Shown here in pieces: positions 7,830 to 18,459 of a DNA stretch of 64,000 nt. The stretch is from an uncultured virus (IMG/VR IMGVR_UViG_3300014208_000430) (taxonomy: Duplodnaviria; Heunggongvirae; Uroviricota; Caudoviricetes): the IMG/VR virus record IMGVR_UViG_3300014208_000430; one strand, given 5' to 3'. Both the position numbers and the translations under genes were made by a program. How positions within the stretch are numbered: position 1 is the first letter of the stretch; the number at the start of each line of letters is the position of its first letter. The notes under the pieces are model-generated. The model saw only the letters and a program-made list of their open reading frames with translations. It did no database searches and was not told the DNA's origin.

Positions 7830-7954
7830 CTAGTAATTCACCTAATTTTAAATTTGTTAATGTAGATAATGTCTTCTGTATAGTAAGTATATAAATGTGA
7901 TAATTGTTACAAGAATCAATAATTTCCTGTAACAATCTTCTTCTTTCATCGTTT

Positions 7955-9289
7955 TTATTTCATCTCTCTTATTATTTTATCCCATTTCAAAGCTATCTGA
8001 TTCCAAGTATGTGGCTTAACGAATTCCAAACAATTTTCTGAACATTCTTTTCTAAGTTCTTTGTTTGTATATATTTCCTTCATTTTATTACTTAAATCTG
8101 ATATATCTACAAGTTGTCGACTTGTCATATCAATTATCATGTCAGAATCGCTTATTTTTGTTAATAATCCTCTCTTTTTATCATCCTTTCTTATCAATTC
8201 AGTAAGTGATGTATTGTCTGGTGCTATTTGAGGAACACCGCACGCCATACTCTCGACATGTGTCAATCCGAAACCCTCGCTCGATGTTGCAGAAACATAA
8301 ACATCTGATAAATTGTACAGTATAGACAATGCTTGTTCAGACCATCCACTGCTTCGCCATGTTCCATAGGAGAATGATACATTATCTTGTATTTTTAGTC
8401 TATTACAGAGTTCTAATAAGTCAAGTCCTGTAGGAGATTGTGGTTGACAGTGTAAGTGTAGATGCATTCTGTCTTTAAATTGTTTAGATTCAAGTAACAA
8501 TGAAAATGCCATTAACAATCTATTTATTTTCTTTCGAAGAAGATGATTCTGTCCTACAAATAAATACACAAACTTATTATTAAATTGTTCTTTTAATCTA
8601 TATATTGGAAGTTCACAAGTTTCTGTCCATTTATTATTTTTATAAGTACATATGTTAATTAATTCATCTTTAAACTTTGGACAAAACATTTGTTCAGCCA
8701 CGGGAACATTACAGTTATAACAATCACACAACTTTCTTGGGTTTATAGATTCTTTTCCAATTTCAGTTGAATAGAAACAATATCTATTTGTAAGTTCTGA
8801 CTTTTCTAATGGTTTATAAATCTTCTCATTGTAACCATGATAAATATAACCTAATGCTTGAACATCAGATTGTATCATTTGATTAAATCCATAAGCACAT
8901 TGTGCGATTACTCTTCCACCATTCATAGCAACTAAATTTAAGTCTTTTGATACATAATCTGGTAGACCTATTCCCTCGGTAGGTGTATACACGATTGTTT
9001 TTGGAAATATCTTTGTAAGATGTCGTAAATCGGTGTACATTTCATTTATATATATTACAACATCTGGGTCAGTTTGCATTATATTATTTTTAAATTGTTC
9101 TACTTCACTTGTATGAGTTGCAAATGGCAAAGATTCTATATTATATGTATATTCAGGAACTACAGAAGTCTGAATTCCAGTCATTGTAACTTCATGTCCA
9201 AGCTTCTTTAATTCTTGAGCCAAGTTTTTCGTTACAATTGAGAAACCGCTGTTGGTTTTCAATGAATTTGAGAAAAAGTGTATTTTCAT
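7955..9289 (-). CDS. Glycosyltransferase family 4 (GT-B)
   Basis: SGFSIVTKNLA N-terminus; FLFVGQN-like/RKKI segment; SDVYVSATSSEGFGLTHVESMACGVPQI (E-x7-E). Confidence 0.9.
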   Translation of the reverse strand: MKIHFFSNSLKTNSGFSIVTKNLAQELKKLGHEVTMTGIQTSVVPEYTYNIESLPFATHTSEVEQFKNNIMQTDPDVVIYINEMYTDLRHLTKIFPKTIVYTPTEGIGLPDYVSKDLNLVAMNGGRVIAQCAYGFNQMIQSDVQALGYIYHGYNEKIYKPLEKSELTNRYCFYSTEIGKESINPRKLCDCYNCNVPVAEQMFCPKFKDELINICTYKNNKWTETCELPIYRLKEQFNNKFVYLFVGQNHLLRKKINRLLMAFSLLLESKQFKDRMHLHLHCQPQSPTGLDLLELCNRLKIQDNVSFSYGTWRSSGWSEQALSILYNLSDVYVSATSSEGFGLTHVESMACGVPQIAPDNTSLTELIRKDDKKRGLLTKISDSDMIIDMTSRQLVDISDLSNKMKEIYTNKELRKECSENCLEFVKPHTWNQIALKWDKIIREMK

Positions 9290-9300
9290 ATTAATTATTC

Positions 9301-9651
9301 CTAAAATGTAAATCTATGTTCATCTATTTTTTGTTGAGCTATTGTTTTATTAAACCAATATTCTTTGTCTTCTTTACTTAACTCTTTTTTCGAAAGAATA
9401 TTCGAATTAACAATAGGATAATCATCACACTCCAAACACCAAAAAGCTATATGTGGATTAGGAGGAATTATCATAAGTCCACCAATATATTCTCTTACAG
9501 AATTTTTATTACATCTTTCGCAATGTATAAGTTTCTTCGTTTCATCTTTTTTGTAATGGGAAAATCCTTGACTTACACATAAACCACCAATTCCTTTTAA
9601 CTTACAACCAGTAATCTCTTCATCATTCTTACATGTATTACAATTTTTCAT
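9301..9651 (-). CDS. Cys-rich hypothetical protein (zinc-binding)
   Basis: CNTC, CERC, CLEC motifs. Confidence 0.6.
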   Translation of the reverse strand: MKNCNTCKNDEEITGCKLKGIGGLCVSQGFSHYKKDETKKLIHCERCNKNSVREYIGGLMIIPPNPHIAFWCLECDDYPIVNSNILSKKELSKEDKEYWFNKTIAQQKIDEHRFTF

Positions 9652-9911
9652 TGAAGTTTAATGCCTCCATCTACTTTTCTTGCAAACTTTATAGGATTAG
9701 CTTTTACATCTACTGCAGCCTTCTTCATGTCATGAAACATCTTCTTCTGTTCTTCCTGATCATAATTATCGATTAGATGTGGTTGTTCTATAAGTTGTTT
9801 AGTTAATAATATTTTAATAGTTTCATCTGGAAGCATTGCCATTCTTCTAATCCACTTTACTTGACTATCTACCATTTGTTTTATTTTTGAATCTTGTATA
9901 TCTAATGTCAT
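9648..9911 (-). CDS. Hypothetical protein (87 aa)
   Basis: ORF track; ATGA overlap with the next gene; GAGGAG SD. Confidence 0.6.
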   Translation of the reverse strand: MTLDIQDSKIKQMVDSQVKWIRRMAMLPDETIKILLTKQLIEQPHLIDNYDQEEQKKMFHDMKKAAVDVKANPIKFARKVDGGIKLQ

Positions 9912-9914
9912 AAT

Positions 9915-10040
9915 TTATTTCTCCTCAATTTTGACTATTTTATAACCTCTTTTCTTTAATTCTATTAATTTGCTCATAGAGAAACCAGTTTCATCTCGTA
10001 CTCTTTTCATTTCTTTTAGTTCATCATTTTCTAAAGTCAT
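9915..10040 (-). CDS. Small protein (41 aa), possibly DNA-binding
   Basis: Manual translation MTLENDELKEMKRVRDETGFSMSKLIELKKRGYKIVKIEEK; AGGT SD. Confidence 0.45.
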   Translation of the reverse strand: MTLENDELKEMKRVRDETGFSMSKLIELKKRGYKIVKIEEK

Positions 10041-10063
10041 TTATTTACCTTTGTTCATTTCTT

Positions 10064-10234
10064 TTACTTTGAATATATTTCACGTTTTCTTTTATTAAAT
10101 TCAACACGATTTTTACGATACCATTCTCTTGAAGTTTTTCTCTGTTTTTCTCTAAATTTTTCTCTGTCTTCTTCTGACATATTTTCTAATCTTCTTCTAC
10201 CAGAATTTAGAGAACAAAGCTGTCCTTTTCCCAT
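10064..10234 (-). CDS. Small basic helical protein (56 aa)
   Basis: Manual translation ...REKQRKTSREWYRKNRVEFNKRKREIYSK. Confidence 0.45.
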   Translation of the reverse strand: MGKGQLCSLNSGRRRLENMSEEDREKFREKQRKTSREWYRKNRVEFNKRKREIYSK

Positions 10235-10240
10235 TTAATA

Positions 10241-10441
10241 TCACACTGCATCAATTGGATTTGGTTTAGTTTTCGATTTCATAATGTCAGATTTTATAGT
10301 TTCAACTAAATTGAGTGCTTCTTTTTTAAGTTCTTTGAAATTGAGTTCATTACTTTCTACCTCAACCTGAAGACAGTCACTAAATCCTATATGAATTCTA
10401 TTAGTTCTTTCAGGTAAATTAAGTTCTGGATAATTTGACAT
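10241..10441 (-). CDS. Hypothetical protein (66 aa)
   Basis: ORF track; abuts the upstream gene. Confidence 0.55.
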   Translation of the reverse strand: MSNYPELNLPERTNRIHIGFSDCLQVEVESNELNFKELKKEALNLVETIKSDIMKSKTKPNPIDAV

Positions 10442-11167
10442 TTACATCACTTGCCTTATAGTATTTCCAACTACATCATCTTCTGTTACTCTGTACTTGT
10501 TTCCTTGTGTTGCAGATCGTACTCTTATTTCATATACATCAAAGAATGTCCACTTTTCTCCTGGATATATCATTGTCTCATTCGAAGACCATGATTCTTT
10601 CATCTTATCTTCAGTTGTAACCCAATTTTTCTCAAGTTCTTCTTCAGATTGATGTGTCCATATTCCTGTGTCATCATCTACACCAGTTCTGTTTAGTAAT
10701 GCATACATTACATCTGGTCCATCATTGATTAAATGTACTTTGTCAGACTTTCTTCCCATCGAATCAAATATTCTTATTCTATCATAACCATAAATTCCAG
10801 CATCTATATCTGATATTTGATCAAAGTCTTGTCTTTCTTCTGCTGGCATTGTTATTAATAATTGTCCAGTGTTAAATCTATTTGGATTCTTTTGTTCTGA
10901 TTTTAAGTCGAATATAAGTTCATCTTTTATATTTGAAAACTTTTTATCTTCTTTTTCTTCATTTATTTTTTTGTTAAGCGAATCTTCTTTTTCTTCATTT
11001 ATTTTTTTGTTAAGCGAATCTATTTTTTCATTCAAAATTCTGTTGTTCATATATTTTAAATATTCTTCATCTAATTCTCTTGTAATTGGCTTTTTAACAT
11101 CATCAAGTGTATTCATTAATGATGCAATATTTATTATTAGTTTTCCATTTTCTATTTTGTATTCCAT
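10442..11167 (-). CDS. Hypothetical protein with coiled-coil N-terminus and beta-rich C-terminal domain
   Basis: ORF track; GGAG SD; INDGPD...YPGE...EIRVRS...YRVTE. Confidence 0.7.
   Translation of the reverse strand: MEYKIENGKLIINIASLMNTLDDVKKPITRELDEEYLKYMNNRILNEKIDSLNKKINEEKEDSLNKKINEEKEDKKFSNIKDELIFDLKSEQKNPNRFNTGQLLITMPAEERQDFDQISDIDAGIYGYDRIRIFDSMGRKSDKVHLINDGPDVMYALLNRTGVDDDTGIWTHQSEEELEKNWVTTEDKMKESWSSNETMIYPGEKWTFFDVYEIRVRSATQGNKYRVTEDDVVGNTIRQVM
10946..11021. repeat. In-frame 36-bp perfect tandem repeat (about 2.1 copies), encodes DSLNKKINEEKE
   Basis: atcttctttttcttcatttatttttttgttaagcga at 10946-10981 and 10982-11017. Confidence 0.9.
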
Positions 11168-11194
11168 GTTATTTATCTCCTATGTTATAATTGT

Positions 11195-12763
11195 TTAATG
11201 CCATGTCATTCCATATTTTTCCAGATTTACATGTAGAACAGATAGTTTTGGTGATACAAATATCTTATAACCATTTGCTCTTGCGTTGTTACAAAATTCT
11301 ACTTGTTCTGAATCACTATTACCACTGTATTTAGTATTTTTCAATACTTTATATTTCATTAAATAAAATGAACCTACACTGCTAACTTCGATTGGTGTGT
11401 TGAGATTAACATATTCACCTATATCTTTATACCGAAATTCTGTTTCAATTTTTCCTTTTTTGGTTCTATTATTTAATGATTGACTGATTTTCTTTAATTC
11501 TATTAATTTTGAATCTTGCTTAAATTTTTCATACTTTCTTTTATTATCATGTACATTTATGTTATGATCTATATATTTTGATAAATATGGACTATAGTGT
11601 TCAAATTTATTTCCATCTATATCTCTAAATGCTAACGTGTCATAAAAGTATGAATTTAGTTTATCTTTATAATTATCTATGTATATCATAGGTGCTATTA
11701 TATCTGCTTTACAAACTTTCATATATTCAATTAGTTTATGTACAACATCCTTTTCAAATTTAATATCTGAATCTATAAATAAAATCAAATCTTCATCATT
11801 TAGTTTGTTTTCATATATTCCTTTTATTGATTCGGATAATAGATAATTTCTAAGAGTTGCTAATTTTTCAAATCTGTTATTTTCAGTGTTAGTTATATTA
11901 TATTTCTTATACCATATGTTTAATATAGATGATGATATTCTATAAGTATTTAATATTTTTGTTGTATAATCTACATTATCAGAATCCAAGAATGCAAATC
12001 TTATTTTTAATAAATTATCACTAATATCATTATAATAGTACATATTCTCTATAGATTCGAAGAAGTCATCTAACCACAATGAAGAATTTTTGAACATTGA
12101 ACATACTAATAAATTCTTTGTTTTAAATGATTCATCCCTAACTTCCATAACATTCCATCGTTTTTGCATTTCAGTTCTATCTTTATCTAAATGTTTCATT
12201 GAATATTGATCTAATGTTATTAGATTATTTATAGTCATTTCTTTATCAAATATGTTATAAGTTTTATTATGTATAACTATAGGAATTTCGTGGACTGCTC
12301 TTATCCATTTTGTATATTTTCTATTTAAGAATCTTATTTGATAATCTTCCTTGTGTATGTCTATGTTCTGATCTCCAATTCTTGGAAATCTAAATAAAAG
12401 TGGTATTATGTTCTTATCTAAAAATTTATATACAATAGCTTTCATGTTTTTCAAAAATACAGTATTGAATCTTTCGTCTGTATCAATATGTAAAACATAA
12501 TCTCCTGATGAATAATTTTGAATTTCATTTCTTAATTCTGAAAAATTATTAGAAATTCCATTCTTCTTATATATTATTATTGGTATTTTACAACCTTTAG
12601 ACATCTGTAAATCATATAATTTATCTATACTATTATTATTATCTGAAGCATCACTAACTAATATTTCATCAACATAATCATATATATGATTTACAGTTTC
12701 CTTTATTAAATCACTTTCATTTCTTGTTAATATACAAGCTGAGATTTTAACTTGTTTATTCAT
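11195..12763 (-). CDS. Two-domain glycosyltransferase (GT2-like plus second GT-A domain)
   Basis: ISACILTRNE, DYVLHIDTDE, VHE; second domain RFEKLATLRN, LFIDSD, FYDTLAFRD, EVSSVGS. Confidence 0.85.
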   Translation of the reverse strand: MNKQVKISACILTRNESDLIKETVNHIYDYVDEILVSDASDNNNSIDKLYDLQMSKGCKIPIIIYKKNGISNNFSELRNEIQNYSSGDYVLHIDTDERFNTVFLKNMKAIVYKFLDKNIIPLLFRFPRIGDQNIDIHKEDYQIRFLNRKYTKWIRAVHEIPIVIHNKTYNIFDKEMTINNLITLDQYSMKHLDKDRTEMQKRWNVMEVRDESFKTKNLLVCSMFKNSSLWLDDFFESIENMYYYNDISDNLLKIRFAFLDSDNVDYTTKILNTYRISSSILNIWYKKYNITNTENNRFEKLATLRNYLLSESIKGIYENKLNDEDLILFIDSDIKFEKDVVHKLIEYMKVCKADIIAPMIYIDNYKDKLNSYFYDTLAFRDIDGNKFEHYSPYLSKYIDHNINVHDNKRKYEKFKQDSKLIELKKISQSLNNRTKKGKIETEFRYKDIGEYVNLNTPIEVSSVGSFYLMKYKVLKNTKYSGNSDSEQVEFCNNARANGYKIFVSPKLSVLHVNLEKYGMTWH

Positions 12764-12771
12764 AATTATTC

Positions 12772-14106
12772 CTAGTACATATGTATATAAAATTCATTAT
12801 TTACAAATTTACAAAATTCTAAATCTTGATTTTTATCAATTTTAAGAGATTCTTTCATCGAATTTAGTATGTATTCAGGTGTTGTAATATTAGAAATACC
12901 ATATTTATCCATTTCTATACATCCATATTCGTATATATTATAAAACCATTTAAATATTTTGTCTCTACACTTACTAGTTTTTGTTCTATCACAAAAATTC
13001 TTACATATAATTTTTGTATTTTCTATTTTATTGTTCTTTTCTATGTCATTCAATTCTTCTGATTTATTATAATAATTTATAAGTTTTTCTTCAAATTTTT
13101 TAAAATAATCTATGGTTTCATTATATGGATCAACTATAGGAATATCTGCATAATAAATTTTTTTCATTTTAACCTCATTTCTTGCATTAATAATATATCT
13201 TAATTGTTCCCAATTTCTTATTTTTGAGATACTTAGTTTTCTAAATATGAATCTTGGTCTATGTTGAGTAGAAAGATTCTTATGAACTTCAAACCCACAC
13301 ATCGAAAACATATTTTTTAACTGATCTGGATGTAATAAGTTTGTATGACCAAGATTCCACATCGGTAAATCAGATGGACTTGGTACATCTATATAACATA
13401 AACCTCCAACTCTTAACACTCTCCACATTTCTATACATGCAATAAATGGTGATAAGAAATGTTCAAATGCTTGAATCATCATTATTCCATCAAAGGAGTT
13501 TATTGGAAAATTAAGACAATTCATATCTGTATTAATGAGATCAATGTTATATTGTTCTTTTGCCTTTGTAACATTATCTTCTCCTATAGTTATTCCAGTT
13601 ACATTGTATCCTCTATTTTTAAGAACATAAGTTTCTCCTCCATCTCCAGCTCCTATATCTAAAATTTTTGGATATTCTGACACTGGTGCATTTGATGTAA
13701 ATTCGTTTATATAATATAAACAACCTGCATCTGATGTATCTTCTATATCAGAATGTTCATAACCACGACCATCTGTATCTAATTTCTTTGTAAGTGTTAG
13801 ATAAGAATTCCACCACTTATTAAAATTATTTTGTGTAAGTTCTTTAGATTCGTATATATTTACAGATGGTGTATTTGATACCGTAATATTCTGTGGTTCT
13901 GGGATTATAATTTTAGGTTTATATTCATAAGATGATTCGATTTTCTCTATTCTCTTAATATTCATCTTATCAGAATTTCCTGAATTATCTGCATATATCA
14001 CTGTAAAATTTTTAAGTAACGTTTCTTTACATTCTTTTTTAGATTCTATAATATTTCCTAGGTTGTCTAATGATATTTCTCTCATAAATTCTCCTAAATT
14101 TTCCAA
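12772..14106 (-). CDS. Class I SAM-dependent methyltransferase domain protein
   Basis: ILDIGAGDG motif I; SFDGI...FEH...RVLRVGG. Confidence 0.85.
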   Translation of the reverse strand: MENLGEFMREISLDNLGNIIESKKECKETLLKNFTVIYADNSGNSDKMNIKRIEKIESSYEYKPKIIIPEPQNITVSNTPSVNIYESKELTQNNFNKWWNSYLTLTKKLDTDGRGYEHSDIEDTSDAGCLYYINEFTSNAPVSEYPKILDIGAGDGGETYVLKNRGYNVTGITIGEDNVTKAKEQYNIDLINTDMNCLNFPINSFDGIMMIQAFEHFLSPFIACIEMWRVLRVGGLCYIDVPSPSDLPMWNLGHTNLLHPDQLKNMFSMCGFEVHKNLSTQHRPRFIFRKLSISKIRNWEQLRYIINARNEVKMKKIYYADIPIVDPYNETIDYFKKFEEKLINYYNKSEELNDIEKNNKIENTKIICKNFCDRTKTSKCRDKIFKWFYNIYEYGCIEMDKYGISNITTPEYILNSMKESLKIDKNQDLEFCKFVNNEFYIHMY

Positions 14107-14909
14107 CCATCACATTTAAAACAATCAATGGATGGATATAATGTTGATACTCTTTTCTTGGATAACCAGTTTTCTATTCCATTCTCTTTTACATTTCCAT
14201 AACTAAACTCGAAATTGTAACAACATCTAACAACATTTCCATGAGCATCTATTACAAGTGGATTTTCAAACATTGGACATGCTCGAAGTGACTTCTTTTC
14301 TTTATCGTATAATTCATTGTAGTTTTGTGTATTACCGTTCCAATTCATTAATTCATAGTTAGATACATTATCAACATATTTATTCCAGAATTTTATAAAA
14401 TATCCTAGTTCCTTTATATTTTCAGATGTTCTAATAAACGAAACTGTTGTTTTTGGTGTTTTTACTGTTTTATGTTTTCTTTTATTGCAGAATATTATTA
14501 TATTATTATATGTTTTATCTACATCTAATCCTTTCATTACTCTATCATAAATATTTTGTGAAAGACCATGAACTGAAAATATTATAGATGATATATTCTC
14601 ATTTGCGAGTATCAAATCATCCCATTTATGAAGCAGACTTGCATTTGTAAATATTACAATCTCCATTTTTGGATTTACATCTTTTATTATATCTAATATT
14701 TGAGGTAGTCTATTATCAGATAGTGGTTCATACATTCCGCACAATGAAACTATTTTTAGATTTGGAAATTTTAATAAAGTATTTTTAAAATCTTCAAGTG
14801 GAGTAAGATAAAATTCTCTACTTTTTGTATGGTTTGGACATATTATACATTTTGCATTACATAAAGTTGATGTTTCTATTGTAATATTTGTAATATCATT
14901 AATATTCAT
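14094..14909 (-). CDS. Radical SAM protein with SPASM/twitch domain
   Basis: CNAKCIIC; C-terminal CPMF..GNVVRCC..CFKC. Confidence 0.9.
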   Translation of the reverse strand: MNINDITNITIETSTLCNAKCIICPNHTKSREFYLTPLEDFKNTLLKFPNLKIVSLCGMYEPLSDNRLPQILDIIKDVNPKMEIVIFTNASLLHKWDDLILANENISSIIFSVHGLSQNIYDRVMKGLDVDKTYNNIIIFCNKRKHKTVKTPKTTVSFIRTSENIKELGYFIKFWNKYVDNVSNYELMNWNGNTQNYNELYDKEKKSLRACPMFENPLVIDAHGNVVRCCYNFEFSYGNVKENGIENWLSKKRVSTLYPSIDCFKCDGWKI

Positions 14910-15829
14910 TAATATCCCTTCTTAATATATTCCAAAGGTGTCATTTTACAAACTAATGGCATTTCATATGGAATTGGAACATCACAATTCTGTTTTCCTG
15001 TTGGAATTAAACTTCCTTTATGTTCTAATAATCTTACAGTTTCCTTGTGGGCAAATTCCATTACTTGTTCATCAGTCATTTTTTTACCAGTTGACACATT
15101 ATATTTATGTTCCATTATAGAGTTTTGTGCATATGTATAATACCATGATCTCTTAAAATGATATTCTGCTGGTTCTATATCCTTTGGTGGAATTCTTCTC
15201 ATGTGTGCAGTTCTTACAGTGTATATCTGTTGTTGATCTACATTTATATATCCTGGTGAACCTTGACCTCTATATCCCTGATTTGGAATTGATTTATAAA
15301 ATAGTGCACCATCATTTGTAAATTCGTCTGGAATGTAATCAATATGTTTAAAATCGTGTAAATAATCTGCATATTGTGAAAATCTAAATCCTGTTCTATA
15401 TGGATGTGTTTTAACAGTTTCATCTATAAGTTTTTGTCTTGTTGAATTATAAAGTAATTGATCAGAATCCAGTTTCAATATAAAATGAGGTAAGGATGTT
15501 TCAAACAACTTGTGTGCAATTTGAGTTGCTAATGTCATACTTGTAGACTTTCCAAACTCATCTTGTCCTTTTTTACAAGTGGTTTTGAATACATTTTCTA
15601 TATTTTCCATCGTTGGAGTAAATTCAACGATTTTATCATTTATATCAATTTTTGACAATAGATTATGATCTCTTTCTAAACGATGTATTGCACCAGATTC
15701 GGGATTATTTATATCATAACCAGCATTCACTACAACTATTTTATCTACTAAATTGTACATTGATGCAACACAATAATCAGTCCATGATGGATATGTTCCA
15801 GTAGTTGTGATACCTACGATTTCTATCAT
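14909..15829 (-). CDS. Putative GT-A-fold glycosyltransferase-like protein; paralog of 17514-18437
   Basis: S.YN.VDKIVVVN, LKLDSDQ (DxD); identical C-terminus PLVCKMTPLEYIKKGY. Confidence 0.6.
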   Translation of the reverse strand: MIEIVGITTTGTYPSWTDYCVASMYNLVDKIVVVNAGYDINNPESGAIHRLERDHNLLSKIDINDKIVEFTPTMENIENVFKTTCKKGQDEFGKSTSMTLATQIAHKLFETSLPHFILKLDSDQLLYNSTRQKLIDETVKTHPYRTGFRFSQYADYLHDFKHIDYIPDEFTNDGALFYKSIPNQGYRGQGSPGYINVDQQQIYTVRTAHMRRIPPKDIEPAEYHFKRSWYYTYAQNSIMEHKYNVSTGKKMTDEQVMEFAHKETVRLLEHKGSLIPTGKQNCDVPIPYEMPLVCKMTPLEYIKKGY

Positions 15830-15837
15830 AATTATAC

Positions 15838-17514
15838 CTATTTAAAGTATATACATTTTTCTTTATATTCATCACTTTCTCGGAGTATTCTTTCGAGACT
15901 ACCTATGGTCATCCCACGTTTCATTTTTCCACCATAATTTATTAAACCTCCATCGTCAGGATATCTTCTAAGAATTTTCATGTAAGTGTTTATGACATTA
16001 TCTCTTATGTTCTCAGGTATTTTATTCATTTCATTTTCAATTATAGAATCATTTATATCTTGTGAAATTAATTGATTTGATTCAATTTTTGGTGAATTTA
16101 TTGAATTAGGTTCTATTTTTATTTTTGGAATCGATGATGACCATTCGTAATGAGAGTTTCCAGGAATTGGAATTTCTTTTTTAAGACTTGAAATTAATTC
16201 ATTCTCAAGTTTTGTTTGAGGCATTATATTTATTCGTTTTGGATTTTTTATATTATTTAAAATTAATGTTATATCTTCTTTTTTGATAAATCCATTATTG
16301 ATGTCTTCAATAAATTTCTTGGTTTTTATAGGATCAGCATTTGTTCCTAGTATTCTAAGATATTCTGACTCTATAAATTGATAAAGTTTTCCTGATTCAC
16401 TTGTACATTCTGGATCTTTTATTCCATCTTTGGTTATTATAGTTTTTACAGTTTGTACTGTATTTTCAAGTTCCCTTGGATGTAATATCTTATAATATGC
16501 GTAAAATGAACGAAGTTCTGAATCAGTGTGTCTGTCGTTGTCATCTTTGTGATCTATAAAGAATTGTTTAATATTAGATGGAATATTTCCATTTCTCATA
16601 GATTTTTGCATCTTTTCCCAAGAATCGATGTTGTATTTATCTGTTATGGAACGCAAAGATTTCCATTTTTCACCAAATTCTTGAACTCCTCCTCCACCTA
16701 TAAACCAATTTCTACAACCATGACTATGCAAATCAGCATCAGTTTTTATGTGATCATAATAATATTCTTTTGGTGCTTCGATTACCTTTAAACCAGTTCC
16801 ATGTAATGTATGATGAACTTTTCCTTTATATTCTAATCTATCTTGATATTTTACAAGAAGTTCTTTATGATAAGTTGGTACACTGTGAGATATTATTTCA
16901 TTTTTATCAATTAACTCAAGTGGTCTTGGTATAAATGTAAAAGGATATGCAGTTCCTTCACCTTTAATCATATAATCATGTGCATTTATTGTACATATTG
17001 TAGATTTACTCAATTCTGATCTTGTTACAAGTAAATCTAAGTTCTTTAATAAAGAATAACTTGGAAATTCATCACTGTCACTGATTAGCATCCAGAGTTT
17101 ATTCTTATCATAACCTTTTTGTACAGCAACTTCTCCAGTTTTTCTTATATATTGGGTTCTCTTGAAAGAAAAGTCTTCTTTCCAATCAATTTGATGTAAT
17201 GTTGCTCCTATGCTATCAAATTCTTCTTTAACCTGTATCATTGCTGGATGATAATGAACAATTATCAATTCATCAACATAAGGTCTTACTCTTTGAGCAT
17301 TTGGCAGAGCTTCTTCTGGATTTTCACATATTGTACAGTAGAATACATTGTATTTTTTGTTTGATTTATTTTCTATTTGTTTGCTTTCTATTTGTTTATT
17401 GAATAATTTTTGTAATTGTTCTTTTGTTATATTTGAACCATTTTGTATTTTTGGAATTTCAAAAGTTGGTGTTATTTTTTTATCTCCAAATACATCTATG
17501 TTGTCTGTTATCAT
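15838..17514 (-). CDS. GT2-like glycosyltransferase with C-terminal DUF4214-like helical repeats
   Basis: VDELIIV..WKEDFS..R, DSDE, YKGKVHH; YLRILGTNAD and YMKILRRYPDDGGL..Y...SDEY. Confidence 0.7.
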   Translation of the reverse strand: MITDNIDVFGDKKITPTFEIPKIQNGSNITKEQLQKLFNKQIESKQIENKSNKKYNVFYCTICENPEEALPNAQRVRPYVDELIIVHYHPAMIQVKEEFDSIGATLHQIDWKEDFSFKRTQYIRKTGEVAVQKGYDKNKLWMLISDSDEFPSYSLLKNLDLLVTRSELSKSTICTINAHDYMIKGEGTAYPFTFIPRPLELIDKNEIISHSVPTYHKELLVKYQDRLEYKGKVHHTLHGTGLKVIEAPKEYYYDHIKTDADLHSHGCRNWFIGGGGVQEFGEKWKSLRSITDKYNIDSWEKMQKSMRNGNIPSNIKQFFIDHKDDNDRHTDSELRSFYAYYKILHPRELENTVQTVKTIITKDGIKDPECTSESGKLYQFIESEYLRILGTNADPIKTKKFIEDINNGFIKKEDITLILNNIKNPKRINIMPQTKLENELISSLKKEIPIPGNSHYEWSSSIPKIKIEPNSINSPKIESNQLISQDINDSIIENEMNKIPENIRDNVINTYMKILRRYPDDGGLINYGGKMKRGMTIGSLERILRESDEYKEKCIYFK

Positions 17515-18437
17515 TAATATCCCTTCTTTATATATTCTAATGGAGTCATTTTACATACTAATGGTGGTGAATATGGTATTCTTTCATCCATCGGTAAACT
17601 TTTTATGTGAACACCTACTTCATTTTTTGTAGAAATAGCATTATCATGTGCTAATTTTTTTACTTCTTCTAAAGTCAACTTTTTGCCAGTTTTTCTGTTG
17701 TAATCATGTTCCATTATAGAATTTGGTCCATATGTATGATACCAATATCTCTTAAAATAATATTCATATTTATCTACATCTGGAGGAACGATTCTTCTCA
17801 TGTGACTTGTTCGTATATCATATATTTGATGTTGATCGACATTTATTCCACCAGGACTTCCTTGACCACTGTATCTTTGATTTGGATTTAATCTATAAAA
17901 CAACGATCCATCATTTGTAAATTCTCCTGGCAATCCAGGTGATATGTGTTCAAAGTCATCATGATAGTCTGCATATTGAGCAAATCTAAATCCTGTCTTT
18001 CTATGATTTTCAATTAGATTTAATAATTGATCTCTTTTTATTTGATATAATATTTGATCACTATCAAGCTTTAATACCCATCTTTTTTTGTTCTGTGGAT
18101 TTGGTAAATTATAAGCTATCATATTTGAGAATGTCATATTTCCAGATCTTCCACATTCGTCTTTTTCTATTTTACATAATCCAGTAAATAACTTTTTGAT
18201 AGCATCTTCAGTTGGTGTATATTCAATTATTTTATTATGAATATCTATTTCTTCTAATTGTTTATGTTCTCTTTCTAATCTACATGTTGGAAAAGTTGGA
18301 TTGTCTATATTATAACCACCATTAACAACTACAATTTTATCAACGTGATTATAAAAACTTGCTACTGTATGACTTATCCAACTTGGATATGTTCCACATG
18401 TACTTATTCCTATTATTTCTATATCTTCTTTTATCAT
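17514..18437 (-). CDS. Putative GT-A-fold glycosyltransferase-like protein; paralog of 14909-15829
   Basis: GTYPSW, VDKIVVVN, LKLDSDQ, TGFRF.QYADY, EFTNDG, GQGSPG shared with the paralog. Confidence 0.6.
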   Translation of the reverse strand: MIKEDIEIIGISTCGTYPSWISHTVASFYNHVDKIVVVNGGYNIDNPTFPTCRLEREHKQLEEIDIHNKIIEYTPTEDAIKKLFTGLCKIEKDECGRSGNMTFSNMIAYNLPNPQNKKRWVLKLDSDQILYQIKRDQLLNLIENHRKTGFRFAQYADYHDDFEHISPGLPGEFTNDGSLFYRLNPNQRYSGQGSPGGINVDQHQIYDIRTSHMRRIVPPDVDKYEYYFKRYWYHTYGPNSIMEHDYNRKTGKKLTLEEVKKLAHDNAISTKNEVGVHIKSLPMDERIPYSPPLVCKMTPLEYIKKGY

Positions 18438-18459
18438 TTCTTCACCATATTAATAACAA

